Assembly (NCBI GenBank): GCA_002499015.1
Contig: DAJY01000098.1
Span: 4,045-68,044, forward strand
Source of the DNA: Euryarchaeota archaeon UBA242
Lineage (GTDB): Archaea > Thermoplasmatota > Poseidoniia > Poseidoniales > Poseidoniaceae
Length of the DNA stretch: 64,000 nucleotides
Direction of reading: 5' to 3'
Shown here: one piece after another, positions 1-9,074 of the stretch
Position numbering within the stretch: the stretch's first letter is position 1
Layout of the letters: each line of letters starts with the position of its first letter
Made by a program: the position numbers and the translations under genes
The notes under the pieces: model-generated
Seen by the model: only the letters and a program-made list of their open reading frames with translations
The model's database searches: none
What the model was told of the DNA's origin: nothing

Positions 1-66
1 CTTAGTTAGCGTTACTGCGAAGACACATATACTCTAAGTGACGGATTGGTAATTGAAGGTGATATC

Positions 67-1839
67 ATGGTCGACAAAGGGGCTCTCTTGACTGAACTTT
101 ATCAGGCTAGGTTTGACGATTTGAAGGAAATCGCAATCGCGTATCAACTACCTAAGTCCGGTTCGGTGGAATCGCTTCGTGCCCGCTTAATTCAACATTT
201 GATTTTGGACCAATGGGATTTGTCCGAAGATGGGATTAATAATCTAATGAATGCAGAAATGGGCGAGATTGTAGGAGTCTTTGGAATAAAGAAATCTGGC
301 TCTATTAGAGCACGTAGACAGCGATTATATCTCCATTTATATCACGACCCAAAGGTCCTACTGGTTGAGAAACTGGACGAACGCACAAGAGACCAATTAC
401 ATGCAATGTGTAAAGTGTTAGAATTGCCTCTTTCTGGAAATAAGCAGTCACTGCTGGTTAGAATCGCCGGAGTTCTTGCAAGTCAGCAAGGTGGCTGGGG
501 TAAAGTGAAGAAGAGTTTGAGAAGGCCGCGTGGCAATATTAATCTTCCAAATATCCCATATCCAAGTGAAGATTCAGCGCCCCAAGTACAAACAGACAGT
601 AGCACAGCAATTCAGAATACCGTTAGTGATTTTGTTTCTGAGCATCCAGCAGGGTGGACTTTCGAGGAAGAAACTGAACTGAGAACTGAATTGGCTGAAG
701 AAGGACTGAATCCATCCTTAGCATCAGTTTCTGCAGATATTGATGTTGCATTGAGAGGCAAACAAAAAATCGAAGAAGATTCTGTTCCGCCGATGATTCA
801 ATCTGCACAAATCATGGAGCCAGAATCCAAGCACAGTCTAGAAACTGAAGCCGCATTGATGGAAATAAATTCAAGAAATGCTGAGATTGAAGCAGCTGGT
901 CGTGATTTCCTCATGATCTCTTCGACCAGTGACCGTGAAGACTTGGAAGTGTTCATATCCAGCCTTTCTAATCATGGATTTGCATGTGATATTCTTGCCG
1001 TAAGAGATTCTATCCGCAATACCATAATGGAGTTGGATTTCAGAAGCCAAAATGAAAAGAATGCCTTGCATTCGACTCCTACTTCGTGGACTGAAAGAGA
1101 AGCATTGAGGGCATTTGAGAGTGCAAGAAATTCATTACGTGGACAATTAGCTGATACTTTAGCAGCTCACCCTGGTGAGTTAGTAAAGGCTAGAATGGCA
1201 TTTGAAGAAGTCGGTCGCTCATTAGGCCTTGACTTGAGAATTCCAAGTATCTCTGGAAGACTTCATGCTTTGTTTGATCTACATGTTGATATCGGTGAAG
1301 CACAAGCACTTCAAGACCCATCTGTAGCAAGAAGGAACCGTGTACTTCGTATTCTTCAGCATGGGACGGTTCATCTTCAAGCAGCCGAATGCCGAACTCT
1401 AGATCGGATTGAGAGAAATATTGTAGCCTTTGAAGAACTTGTTGAAACCGTCTTGGAATCAAGTGAAGGAACTTTTTCTGAAGCTCAGCAAGCACTTGTC
1501 ATCAGATTCCTTGAATCTAGAGGCTATGAAGTAAATACTTCTACATTGAGGCCTAGGATACTTGCCTGTGCAGGGATTATAGGTTCCGAATTAGGCTTTA
1601 TATCTCCTGCTGAAATACCGCGTATTGCACCTGGAATTATTATCTCAGATAACCAAGTTGATGCCATTGTTGTTGAATTACAAGCACTTGCTGAAGCATT
1701 CAAACCAAAGCAAGAAACTGTTGCTTTAGAACCTGAACAAGAACTTGCAGAATCTGTTGCAAATGCTGCAGATCACTTAATAGATGTAAGAGCAAAGATT
1801 GACCGAGTTGACAACATTTTAAAACGATTAAGAATTTAA
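67..1839 (+). CDS. Hypothetical protein with three tandem N-terminal SAP-like DNA-binding motifs and a helical C-terminal region
   Basis: The repeats DDLKEIAIAYQLPKSGSVESLRARL, AEMGEIVGVFGIKKSGSIRARRQRL and DQLHAMCKVLELPLSGNKQSLLVRI fit the SAP consensus. ATG at 67 follows GGTGA. Confidence 0.7.
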   Translation: MVDKGALLTELYQARFDDLKEIAIAYQLPKSGSVESLRARLIQHLILDQWDLSEDGINNLMNAEMGEIVGVFGIKKSGSIRARRQRLYLHLYHDPKVLLVEKLDERTRDQLHAMCKVLELPLSGNKQSLLVRIAGVLASQQGGWGKVKKSLRRPRGNINLPNIPYPSEDSAPQVQTDSSTAIQNTVSDFVSEHPAGWTFEEETELRTELAEEGLNPSLASVSADIDVALRGKQKIEEDSVPPMIQSAQIMEPESKHSLETEAALMEINSRNAEIEAAGRDFLMISSTSDREDLEVFISSLSNHGFACDILAVRDSIRNTIMELDFRSQNEKNALHSTPTSWTEREALRAFESARNSLRGQLADTLAAHPGELVKARMAFEEVGRSLGLDLRIPSISGRLHALFDLHVDIGEAQALQDPSVARRNRVLRILQHGTVHLQAAECRTLDRIERNIVAFEELVETVLESSEGTFSEAQQALVIRFLESRGYEVNTSTLRPRILACAGIIGSELGFISPAEIPRIAPGIIISDNQVDAIVVELQALAEAFKPKQETVALEPEQELAESVANAADHLIDVRAKIDRVDNILKRLRI

Positions 1840-1843
1840 TTAT

Positions 1844-3088
1844 TCAATTTGCCCTAGATGCATAGAAGTTTTGAATTACTGTTGATACTCTTTGTATATC
1901 ATCGATTCCTCTATGGACCATATCGTTGAGTATAGCCTGTCTTTGTTCTACATGCTTTTCAAATACTGCAGGAGAAACTCCTGCTGCTTTACAAATAGTT
2001 TCTCTTAATTTACTAGGGATTCCTGTTTCCTCAATTTGTTCAGTAGCTGCATTATACTTCCAAATGATATTGAGACGTGGTTTATCGCCCTCCATTCCTG
2101 CAACTTCAGCAACTTCTGTTATCTTCCGAACTGTTTTTCCATTGACGTGAAGACGTGCTTGGATTATGATTAAATCAAGTCCTGAAAGCATGATAGGTGG
2201 AACATTCATCGGAGGATTGATCATTCTTGTGACTGTCTCCTGTGCAGTATTGGCGTGCAATGAACCGAACGAACCATCGTGTCCAGTATTCATAGCAGTC
2301 AATAGAGTTGCACATTCCGGACCACGTACTTCACCCACGATAATTCTGTCAGGGCGCATACGTAGTGAAGATTTCAAACAATCATTCATATCTACTTCTG
2401 GAGTTCCATCAGGCCTCTCTCTCCTAGTCTCCATTCTCAACCAATGGTCGTGGTAAACTTGTAATTCAGCAGTATCTTCCACTGTTAGCAAACGCCTTGA
2501 CCATGGGATGAACATTCCCATGCAATTCAAGGTGGTAGTTTTACCTGAACCAGTACCACCTGCAATTACGAAATTTGCAGGACGACTATCCAATCCCTCA
2601 ATCCAAACCCACATCATTGCAGCAAGTCTTGAGTTCACAGTTCCAAAACGAACTAAATCGATTATAGTAAGCGGATCTTCCTTGAATTTTCTAATAGTCA
2701 ATGTAGGTCCATCTGGAGTAACTGGAGGTATTGTCCCATTTACACGAGAACCATCTGGTAGTCTTCCATCAAAGATGGGAACTAATCCGGGTCCATCTCC
2801 AAGTGGTACGTTAGTGAATGCAGCAATATTTTTGGCAATTTGCAAACCGGATACATTATCTATTGTAATATTAGTTCTGCACATTCCATGTTCTCTATGG
2901 GCAACTTTCACACATTGAACACCTCCGTTATACATTACCTCTTCAAGTGCATCATCTTCCAATAGAATGGCTAAATCTCCATATGGATTTGGTTCTACTG
3001 CTCCATCGACATGATATATAGGGGATGGATGATTATCTTCCATGTAAATCGTTACTCTTCCGTATTGTTCTAATATTCTTTCAGACAT
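1844..3088 (-). CDS. Type II/IV secretion system ATPase (TadA/CpaF/VirB11 family)
   Basis: Walker A GGTGSGKTT, Asp box VEDTAEL, LRMRPDRIIVGEVRG, His box TGHDGSFGSLHAN. Confidence 0.92.
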   Translation of the reverse strand: MSERILEQYGRVTIYMEDNHPSPIYHVDGAVEPNPYGDLAILLEDDALEEVMYNGGVQCVKVAHREHGMCRTNITIDNVSGLQIAKNIAAFTNVPLGDGPGLVPIFDGRLPDGSRVNGTIPPVTPDGPTLTIRKFKEDPLTIIDLVRFGTVNSRLAAMMWVWIEGLDSRPANFVIAGGTGSGKTTTLNCMGMFIPWSRRLLTVEDTAELQVYHDHWLRMETRRERPDGTPEVDMNDCLKSSLRMRPDRIIVGEVRGPECATLLTAMNTGHDGSFGSLHANTAQETVTRMINPPMNVPPIMLSGLDLIIIQARLHVNGKTVRKITEVAEVAGMEGDKPRLNIIWKYNAATEQIEETGIPSKLRETICKAAGVSPAVFEKHVEQRQAILNDMVHRGIDDIQRVSTVIQNFYASRAN

Positions 3089-3089
3089 T

Positions 3090-3824
3090 TTAACCACCAC
3101 CTATTACCTTAACCGCACCTAAATACAATCCCATTGAGATCGCCATCCACAATGGTATGAACCACAGATAGCTCTTCAAACGACCTAGCATTCTTCCAGA
3201 CACTCCGACGCCCACTGCTGAAGCAGCAGCAAAGAATGTTCCAAATGTGGCATTGAAATCATCTAATTTGAATCCAGCACTTGCTGGTGCGAAAAGACCT
3301 ACAATAAATGCAATTAGTCCAGGAAGACCGACAGAAACGAACATTATGATCAGAATCCCCCTCCCCAATAATTCATTTTCCCTTCTGTTGATTAAATCGT
3401 TAAGCCGCTCGTAATCATGACTTAGACTATCTAAAATTCCTTGTAACGGTGCATCTTGCTCCATTGCAGTCTCAAGTAACATCATCACTCTTTGTACCTG
3501 AGAAGACCTTGTTTTTGCAGAAAAAGAGGTTAGGGCTGAGTTAATATCAGATGAATGACTCTCTTCTAATGTTTCCTTTAATAATTCACTAAGCAAACCT
3601 GGTGCACTTTTTGATTGCTCCATCATAGCCTCTTGCAATCCATGTCCTGCTCCAACCGAACTCGCCAAAGATTCAAGCAGTCCTGGTAAAGAATTCTCTA
3701 TCTTTCTTCTACGATTGCGTTCGATGATAGGTGGGATTCCGCCACCTGCAATTGCAATTCCAATAACACCCAAATAAAGTAATAATGGTTCACCATTGAA
3801 AGCTTCTAGGAATCGGAAAAACAT
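3090..3824 (-). CDS. Type II secretion system F-family (TadB/TadC-like) membrane platform protein
   Basis: RRRKIENSLPGLLESLASSVGAGHGLQEAM is a T2SSF pattern. It has several TM segments and is adjacent to the ATPase. Confidence 0.82.
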   Translation of the reverse strand: MFFRFLEAFNGEPLLLYLGVIGIAIAGGGIPPIIERNRRRKIENSLPGLLESLASSVGAGHGLQEAMMEQSKSAPGLLSELLKETLEESHSSDINSALTSFSAKTRSSQVQRVMMLLETAMEQDAPLQGILDSLSHDYERLNDLINRRENELLGRGILIIMFVSVGLPGLIAFIVGLFAPASAGFKLDDFNATFGTFFAAASAVGVGVSGRMLGRLKSYLWFIPLWMAISMGLYLGAVKVIGGG

Positions 3825-3828
3825 AATA

Positions 3829-4410
3829 TCACAATCCCGGGTCCTTGGTGTGGGCCTTTAGGCCAATTAGCATCATGCCAACCAAAGTCAGAATCAATCC
3901 ACCATTTACTACACCACTAATTAGAGCAGGATCAGGTATTGACATAAATGCTGCAATATCTCCAGTTAATAATTGCGGAATTAGTCCTGCGATTGACAAG
4001 ATAATTGGACCAATCATTCCTATTGAAAGTAAAGTTTCAGGAACTCCGCCAAGTTCTTCGATGTATTTTTTGACTTCTTCTGCCCTTTCTTCTTCCATTC
4101 TTGAGCCTTGCTTTCTCAACGTTTCTACGACATCGGTATTTTGAGTAACATTGGTGTAAAGAGTATTCAACAATCTACGGTATCCATCGGATTCAGCAAG
4201 ATTCATCATACTCTTTAGTTCATATTCAAGGCCCCTGGATTTACCACCAGACAACCGCTTCATTATTTTAGAAAAATCTTCACTGATGATTCCATAACCA
4301 CCTTGCCCGATAGTGTGTAAAGCGGCTTCAAGACCAACACCGGAGGACATTAAAACATCAAGAGTTCGGATGACATAGAGACCTTCTCTCTTTTCATCCA
4401 AAATCCTCAT
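3829..4410 (-). CDS. Type II secretion system F-family (TadB/TadC-like) membrane protein
   Basis: LDVLMSSGVGLEAAL...YGIISEDF T2SSF pattern and two C-terminal TM helices. RBS GGTGG upstream. Confidence 0.78.
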   Translation of the reverse strand: MRILDEKREGLYVIRTLDVLMSSGVGLEAALHTIGQGGYGIISEDFSKIMKRLSGGKSRGLEYELKSMMNLAESDGYRRLLNTLYTNVTQNTDVVETLRKQGSRMEEERAEEVKKYIEELGGVPETLLSIGMIGPIILSIAGLIPQLLTGDIAAFMSIPDPALISGVVNGGLILTLVGMMLIGLKAHTKDPGL

Positions 4411-4419
4411 TATTCCACC

Positions 4420-4773
4420 TCAAACGATATCTTCAATCAATTCCAACAAGAATGATTCGCTATCACTATTGTATTCCATACTTGCGAAAACAACCTTCAC
4501 ATCTCGTTCTTCAAAAGGATCGTGAATGAATGGTTGACCGGTTCTAAAGATAGAATTAAGTGTTTTATATTCATCAATACCAATCTCCCCTTTAACTGTA
4601 TAAACAGTAGATTCAGAGCCTTCGTCGTTTAGATTATCACCTTCTCCACCCCTTACAATTGTTCTGGTAATTCTACGAGTAAGTTTTACCCGAATATCGG
4701 TATTTGGTATTCTAATCCAATCTGCGCTTGTTGTCCCTGTTGCGGGACGGATGAAGAAATCTATTCCTGCCAT
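4420..4773 (-). CDS. Hypothetical beta-rich protein, weakly resembling the phage Mu gpN N-terminal / P2 gpU domain
   Basis: 117 aa from ATG 4773 with a GAGGT RBS. Motif RRITRTIVRGGEGDNLNDEGSESTVYTVKG...HDPF. Only 9 bp separate it from the next gene. Confidence 0.55.
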   Translation of the reverse strand: MAGIDFFIRPATGTTSADWIRIPNTDIRVKLTRRITRTIVRGGEGDNLNDEGSESTVYTVKGEIGIDEYKTLNSIFRTGQPFIHDPFEERDVKVVFASMEYNSDSESFLLELIEDIV

Positions 4774-4835
4774 GCTACGACCTCTATACTGACCACAACC
4801 CGAGCGGGTATTCAATGTGTTGGATTGTCAATCAC

Positions 4836-5762
4836 TTATTCAACAATTTTGAACCAGCCAAATCGAGGCTCATGGACTACACCTTTTTCAGATAATTCAT
4901 CCAACATCGCTTCGCCATCGGGTCGTGGAAAACCTCTAGCATTGGCATTACTGAGTAGTGCTTCAAAGTCAACCCCATCACCCTGATCAAGTTGACGAAT
5001 TAACGATAGCACACACTCTTCTAAATCGGAACCTTCCTCTTCATCATCACCTTCTACAGCGGATGATACATAGAGTACCGGCACTGGTTTTGTGGCGCTA
5101 GACATCTTACCCTCAGCGATATCTAGGGCTTGCATTATATTCAATTTATATTGCTCCAAATCAATTTCACCATAGTGGTTTCTAGAAGTTATCAAACCCT
5201 CCACCAGGTAGTCCGGTATACTTTCACTTGCTGAATATGCTTGTTTAGTTGGTTCAAGTTCAATAGATGCTGAGAATGCATCCATTCTGTTAATTGTACC
5301 TTGGCAAGCACGTGTTATCCAATTCGCATATGTTTTGACATCGATAATACAAGCTTCTTCAGGCCTTAGCGAGGTATAGATTGCACCTTCTTCTGTTTGG
5401 TACCATCGCGCCTTTGCAACCATCAACACCAATTCAGGTTCACCTGCTTCCATTTTTGCAGTTAATCTCGTTGTTAATTCACGCATTGCTTCACTGGCAT
5501 AATCTCCAACCGAGAAATAATGTTGTCCGGAAGGGTCTCTTAATTGACCTTGATACAAAGTCGAACCATTTGCTGTTTCACTAACTTCTAATCTCTCGAG
5601 CAAACCTGCAACTATTACACGATTTACTTTCGCTCCTAGTTTGGTAATTACAAAGGATGGATCAAATTCTCCAGACCCTTTTTCGTTAAGGGTTGCATCT
5701 CTAAATTCTGATGCGAGCATATGCCATGCAGGTTGGCGCTTTACCCTAGGTCCTGCTTGCAT
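4836..5762 (-). CDS. Replication protein A small (RPA32-like/RPA-associated) subunit
   Basis: OB fold (GAKVNRVIVAG...LRDPSG) plus C-terminal winged helix (LDELSEKGVVHEPRFGWFK). TGATG overlap with the upstream RPA gene. Confidence 0.8.
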   Translation of the reverse strand: MQAGPRVKRQPAWHMLASEFRDATLNEKGSGEFDPSFVITKLGAKVNRVIVAGLLERLEVSETANGSTLYQGQLRDPSGQHYFSVGDYASEAMRELTTRLTAKMEAGEPELVLMVAKARWYQTEEGAIYTSLRPEEACIIDVKTYANWITRACQGTINRMDAFSASIELEPTKQAYSASESIPDYLVEGLITSRNHYGEIDLEQYKLNIMQALDIAEGKMSSATKPVPVLYVSSAVEGDDEEEGSDLEECVLSLIRQLDQGDGVDFEALLSNANARGFPRPDGEAMLDELSEKGVVHEPRFGWFKIVE

Positions 5763-7459
5763 CAATTCACCCCCCATTGCGCTCTGATTTCAGTTGCTTT
5801 CATCTCAGCATCCTCTTCGACTATTTCTGCACTATCTGCCAACATCATACCACCTTGCTCATCAACGATTGTTCGACCTGAAGCACGAATTTTTCGCCCT
5901 AACATTTTTGACCTTAGAGTTTGTACGAAATCTAATTGCCCATTTGAATTAATCTCTGAACCAAGTTCTTCTTCTGTCATAGCGAGTAGACCTAAACTTC
6001 CTTCCTTGTTAATTAGTAAGGACATGCTTGCTAATCCATCATCGATAACCAATCGCATCCTAACATCTGTTTCACCGTCATTAGCATCATGTGTTGCGCA
6101 ATGTCCATCCCTCAGAACTCTCCTGCATTCGGTACATCTTTGAATAAAACCAGAATCTTCTCTAACACTTACTACGATTGCCTCGGTTGTAACGCCGACC
6201 CTGCTCGCCCCAGTCGCCAATTCATTGAGAACTACTTCCACTGTATGTGTGCTAAAATCAATATCCTCATCCCAAGGTGATTTATCCAACATTTCAACTT
6301 GATCTGCTGTGTCAACTGTGATATCTGGTATTCCTTGCCATGCTCTTACTCTAACTCCTTTCAGCTTTACTGTGAGGGGTAAACTATCTACATCAATAGG
6401 CAAATCTTCCCATGCACTCATTCGACATCTTCCAGTTGGGTCTGCGATTTGCCCAGACCAAAGATATTTATCGGTACCATCTTTGGTGAATGTTCTTTTT
6501 GACCATTCGATAATCTGTACAACTGTATCAACATCCCTTGCACCATCTCTTAACTCGGAAACTGTCAAGACCGTTTGCTTGGATAATGTTTCAATGCCCG
6601 GAAAATTCTTATCGTGGAATAATTCAACCTTTGTAGTTCTTCCAAAATTCAACTCAGGTGTATCCCTAAAGGTACGGATTTGAGCACCATCAATTTTTAT
6701 CAAGGCCCCGACTTTATGTTCAAATGATTCCCAAGAGAGGAATCCAATTATTCCTGATTCATCAGCCAATCGTCCTCTGACGATGTCTATTGAACCTGAA
6801 CCGTCCTTTTTGTGTATCTGGTCTTCTCTTAACGAGAGAATTCTGCCAACTACGCAGGCATACCCATCAGTTGGAAGTGAAGCAATGTCTTGAGCTTCCC
6901 CTGGCGCCACCACTGGTCTAGTTCCTTCACGGATAACAACAACCCGGGAGGATTGATTGATATTTAGAGACATTTTTCCTTGATATTCATTTACTGAAAC
7001 CCCTTCAAGTCTTACGATTGAACCAGGTGCCAGATTTGGACTCGGTGCCCAATCTTTGTATTCCCAACGATTCTTGTCGCCGTTTTCTGCCCAAGGGTTA
7101 TCTTCTAACAATCCGAAAGCGATTTGCTTTTGTTCACCGCGAATTGTTTGTTCACGCAAATTATGTGAAATGATTTCAACTTCGATTTCAATTTCCTTAT
7201 CAGCAGCCTTCAATTCATTCAAACGTTCGACTTTCTTTGTCGCTACTGGTTGGGATGAAGAAGATGACCCACCAGCCCTAGTGTTTGGAATTGACTTTGA
7301 ACTGTTCAGACTTCTAATGATAGACCTCATCGAGTCTTGAGGAGGAATTTTAAAATCATCCTGGTATTTCAAGAATGCAGTAGCAATCGCGTCGTGATCT
7401 GCTTCTGGGCATTCCTTTTGTACTGCTTCGATATAGGAATCAAACTGTCCATCAGACAT
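5762..7459 (-). CDS. rpa: Replication protein A large subunit (multi-OB fold with Zn finger)
   Basis: Repeated OB folds (RLADESG, IADPTG) and Zn finger RCTECRR...HCATH followed by RLVIDDG. GAGGTG RBS precedes ATG 7459. Confidence 0.88.
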   Translation of the reverse strand: MSDGQFDSYIEAVQKECPEADHDAIATAFLKYQDDFKIPPQDSMRSIIRSLNSSKSIPNTRAGGSSSSSQPVATKKVERLNELKAADKEIEIEVEIISHNLREQTIRGEQKQIAFGLLEDNPWAENGDKNRWEYKDWAPSPNLAPGSIVRLEGVSVNEYQGKMSLNINQSSRVVVIREGTRPVVAPGEAQDIASLPTDGYACVVGRILSLREDQIHKKDGSGSIDIVRGRLADESGIIGFLSWESFEHKVGALIKIDGAQIRTFRDTPELNFGRTTKVELFHDKNFPGIETLSKQTVLTVSELRDGARDVDTVVQIIEWSKRTFTKDGTDKYLWSGQIADPTGRCRMSAWEDLPIDVDSLPLTVKLKGVRVRAWQGIPDITVDTADQVEMLDKSPWDEDIDFSTHTVEVVLNELATGASRVGVTTEAIVVSVREDSGFIQRCTECRRVLRDGHCATHDANDGETDVRMRLVIDDGLASMSLLINKEGSLGLLAMTEEELGSEINSNGQLDFVQTLRSKMLGRKIRASGRTIVDEQGGMMLADSAEIVEEDAEMKATEIRAQWGVN

Positions 7460-7492
7460 ATTTGACACCTCTATTATCTTCATTCGTTAGTG

Positions 7493-7511
7493 TCCTATTC
7501 AATGAATAGGA
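7493..7511. promoter_or_regulatory. Perfect 9-bp inverted repeat in the rpa leader (operator or hairpin)
   Basis: TCCTATTCA-A-TGAATAGGA. Confidence 0.45.
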
Positions 7512-7670
7512 TGCGGGCTTTCGTGCGTTTTGGTTGAGACTTGACACTCCCTTGACCTCCATGGAACTAAGCAAAATAGACTAGGGCTAATAAACAATTT
7601 CACGACCCAATTATGAAAAGTGAAAGTAAAATGAGTGATTTAATAAATATTGAAATATAATATTTAAACT

Positions 7671-9074
7671 TCAAGCCGGATTTATTCTAAATCCATCCAT
7701 CACCAATACATCAGGAATATGCATCCCTCCAGTAGAATATGAATCCTGGATTATCGGCCTATCCCCTAATATTATGTCATTTGATAGCGCCTTTGCAATA
7801 TTTCCGGAGAGGCCTGCTTGCTTAATCGGCCCTACGATTTGACCATCAACTACTTTCAAGATCGTACTTGTTGTAACAGAGAAATCACCACTGGTTGGAT
7901 TAGCGGTATGAGCCCCCATAACACTGTGGACAATATATCCATTTTCCATATGAGAAATTAAATCATCACGACTCTTTCCGCCTTTGCTTGATTTTAGAAT
8001 CATATCGGAACAGCCAGTATATGGTGGCGATTGATGACTACCCCTGGAGGCTGATCCAGTTGATTGGGCATACTCAATTCTTCCTTCTGCCATCATTTGT
8101 GCTGAATCTCTTGTAGACCACATAGAGCCTACTAGTCTTCCATTTTCCACCAAAGTCTGAGTCTGTCTAGGAACTCCTTCTCCGTCTAGGCTTGAACTAC
8201 CCATCCCACCTTCCATCAATCCATCATCGATTAGTGTCAAGTCATTAGCAAGGACCATTAGCCCTTCATTTCCAGACCAAAAAGACTCTTTCCTCGCCAA
8301 TTTCTCACCTTTGGCTGCTGCTGGAATACAAACAGAAAACAATGGCGAGAAACCTTCACTAGTCATCAATACCGGACAATCAACTGCTTGTGAATCAACT
8401 TCTATCGGCCCTCTGGTACACTGAGCCCAATGAACTGAAGTTTCGATGCAATCTGGAATTGATTTTAGTAATTTACGACTAGAACTGCTTTCCCAAGCGC
8501 TGGTTAATTCATCGTCCTCATCTATACTGACTTGAACTCCCGCTCCGTGCGAAGTTGTGATCCCACTGGATAAAATTCCTTGGCTGGTTACTATGGCTCC
8601 CGCTGTAGCTGAAACGCCGACACCACCGCCAGTTACAACCGCTCTTGAATCCAATGAAGCAACTTCGCTCAATATTGAATCCGCTTGTTCTAATAGATAT
8701 TCTGGACCAACATCTAGAATCTTACTATCACAGCGACCTAAGACATCGGTAGATTTTTGATTTTGTGGAAGACAAAAACCTTCAACAGAAGGTGAAACCT
8801 TTGCAATAGAAATTGCTTGAGAAACGGCATGCTCAGCACCTGAAACATCTACTAAATGAGCATATCCAAAACGCCCACCATCCAATACTCGTACACCATA
8901 TCCGCCGTCTCCTCCTCCGGCTGCGAGTGTGATCTTACCCGCTTCAATATCTAATTCATGACCATATGATTGAAATGCGACAACTTCCCACTCACCAATT
9001 CCTTTGGATTGACAGATCTTGCCAATTGATTGCGCACCTTCAACGATACGCTCTACAGCATCATCCGGTAGCAT
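7671..9074 (-). CDS. pmbA: TldD/PmbA family protein (PmbA/TldE-like subunit)
   Basis: DGEGVPRQ...LVENG, STGSASRG and GAHTANPTSGDFS motifs. No HExxH. Paired with tldD. Confidence 0.85.
   Translation of the reverse strand: MLPDDAVERIVEGAQSIGKICQSKGIGEWEVVAFQSYGHELDIEAGKITLAAGGGDGGYGVRVLDGGRFGYAHLVDVSGAEHAVSQAISIAKVSPSVEGFCLPQNQKSTDVLGRCDSKILDVGPEYLLEQADSILSEVASLDSRAVVTGGGVGVSATAGAIVTSQGILSSGITTSHGAGVQVSIDEDDELTSAWESSSSRKLLKSIPDCIETSVHWAQCTRGPIEVDSQAVDCPVLMTSEGFSPLFSVCIPAAAKGEKLARKESFWSGNEGLMVLANDLTLIDDGLMEGGMGSSSLDGEGVPRQTQTLVENGRLVGSMWSTRDSAQMMAEGRIEYAQSTGSASRGSHQSPPYTGCSDMILKSSKGGKSRDDLISHMENGYIVHSVMGAHTANPTSGDFSVTTSTILKVVDGQIVGPIKQAGLSGNIAKALSNDIILGDRPIIQDSYSTGGMHIPDVLVMDGFRINPA

Noticed and set aside
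1844..4410. Archaellum (arlI/arlJ) locus
   Set aside because: No archaellins or ArlH/F/G are present, and the short ATPase with split T2SSF genes fits Tad-like systems better.
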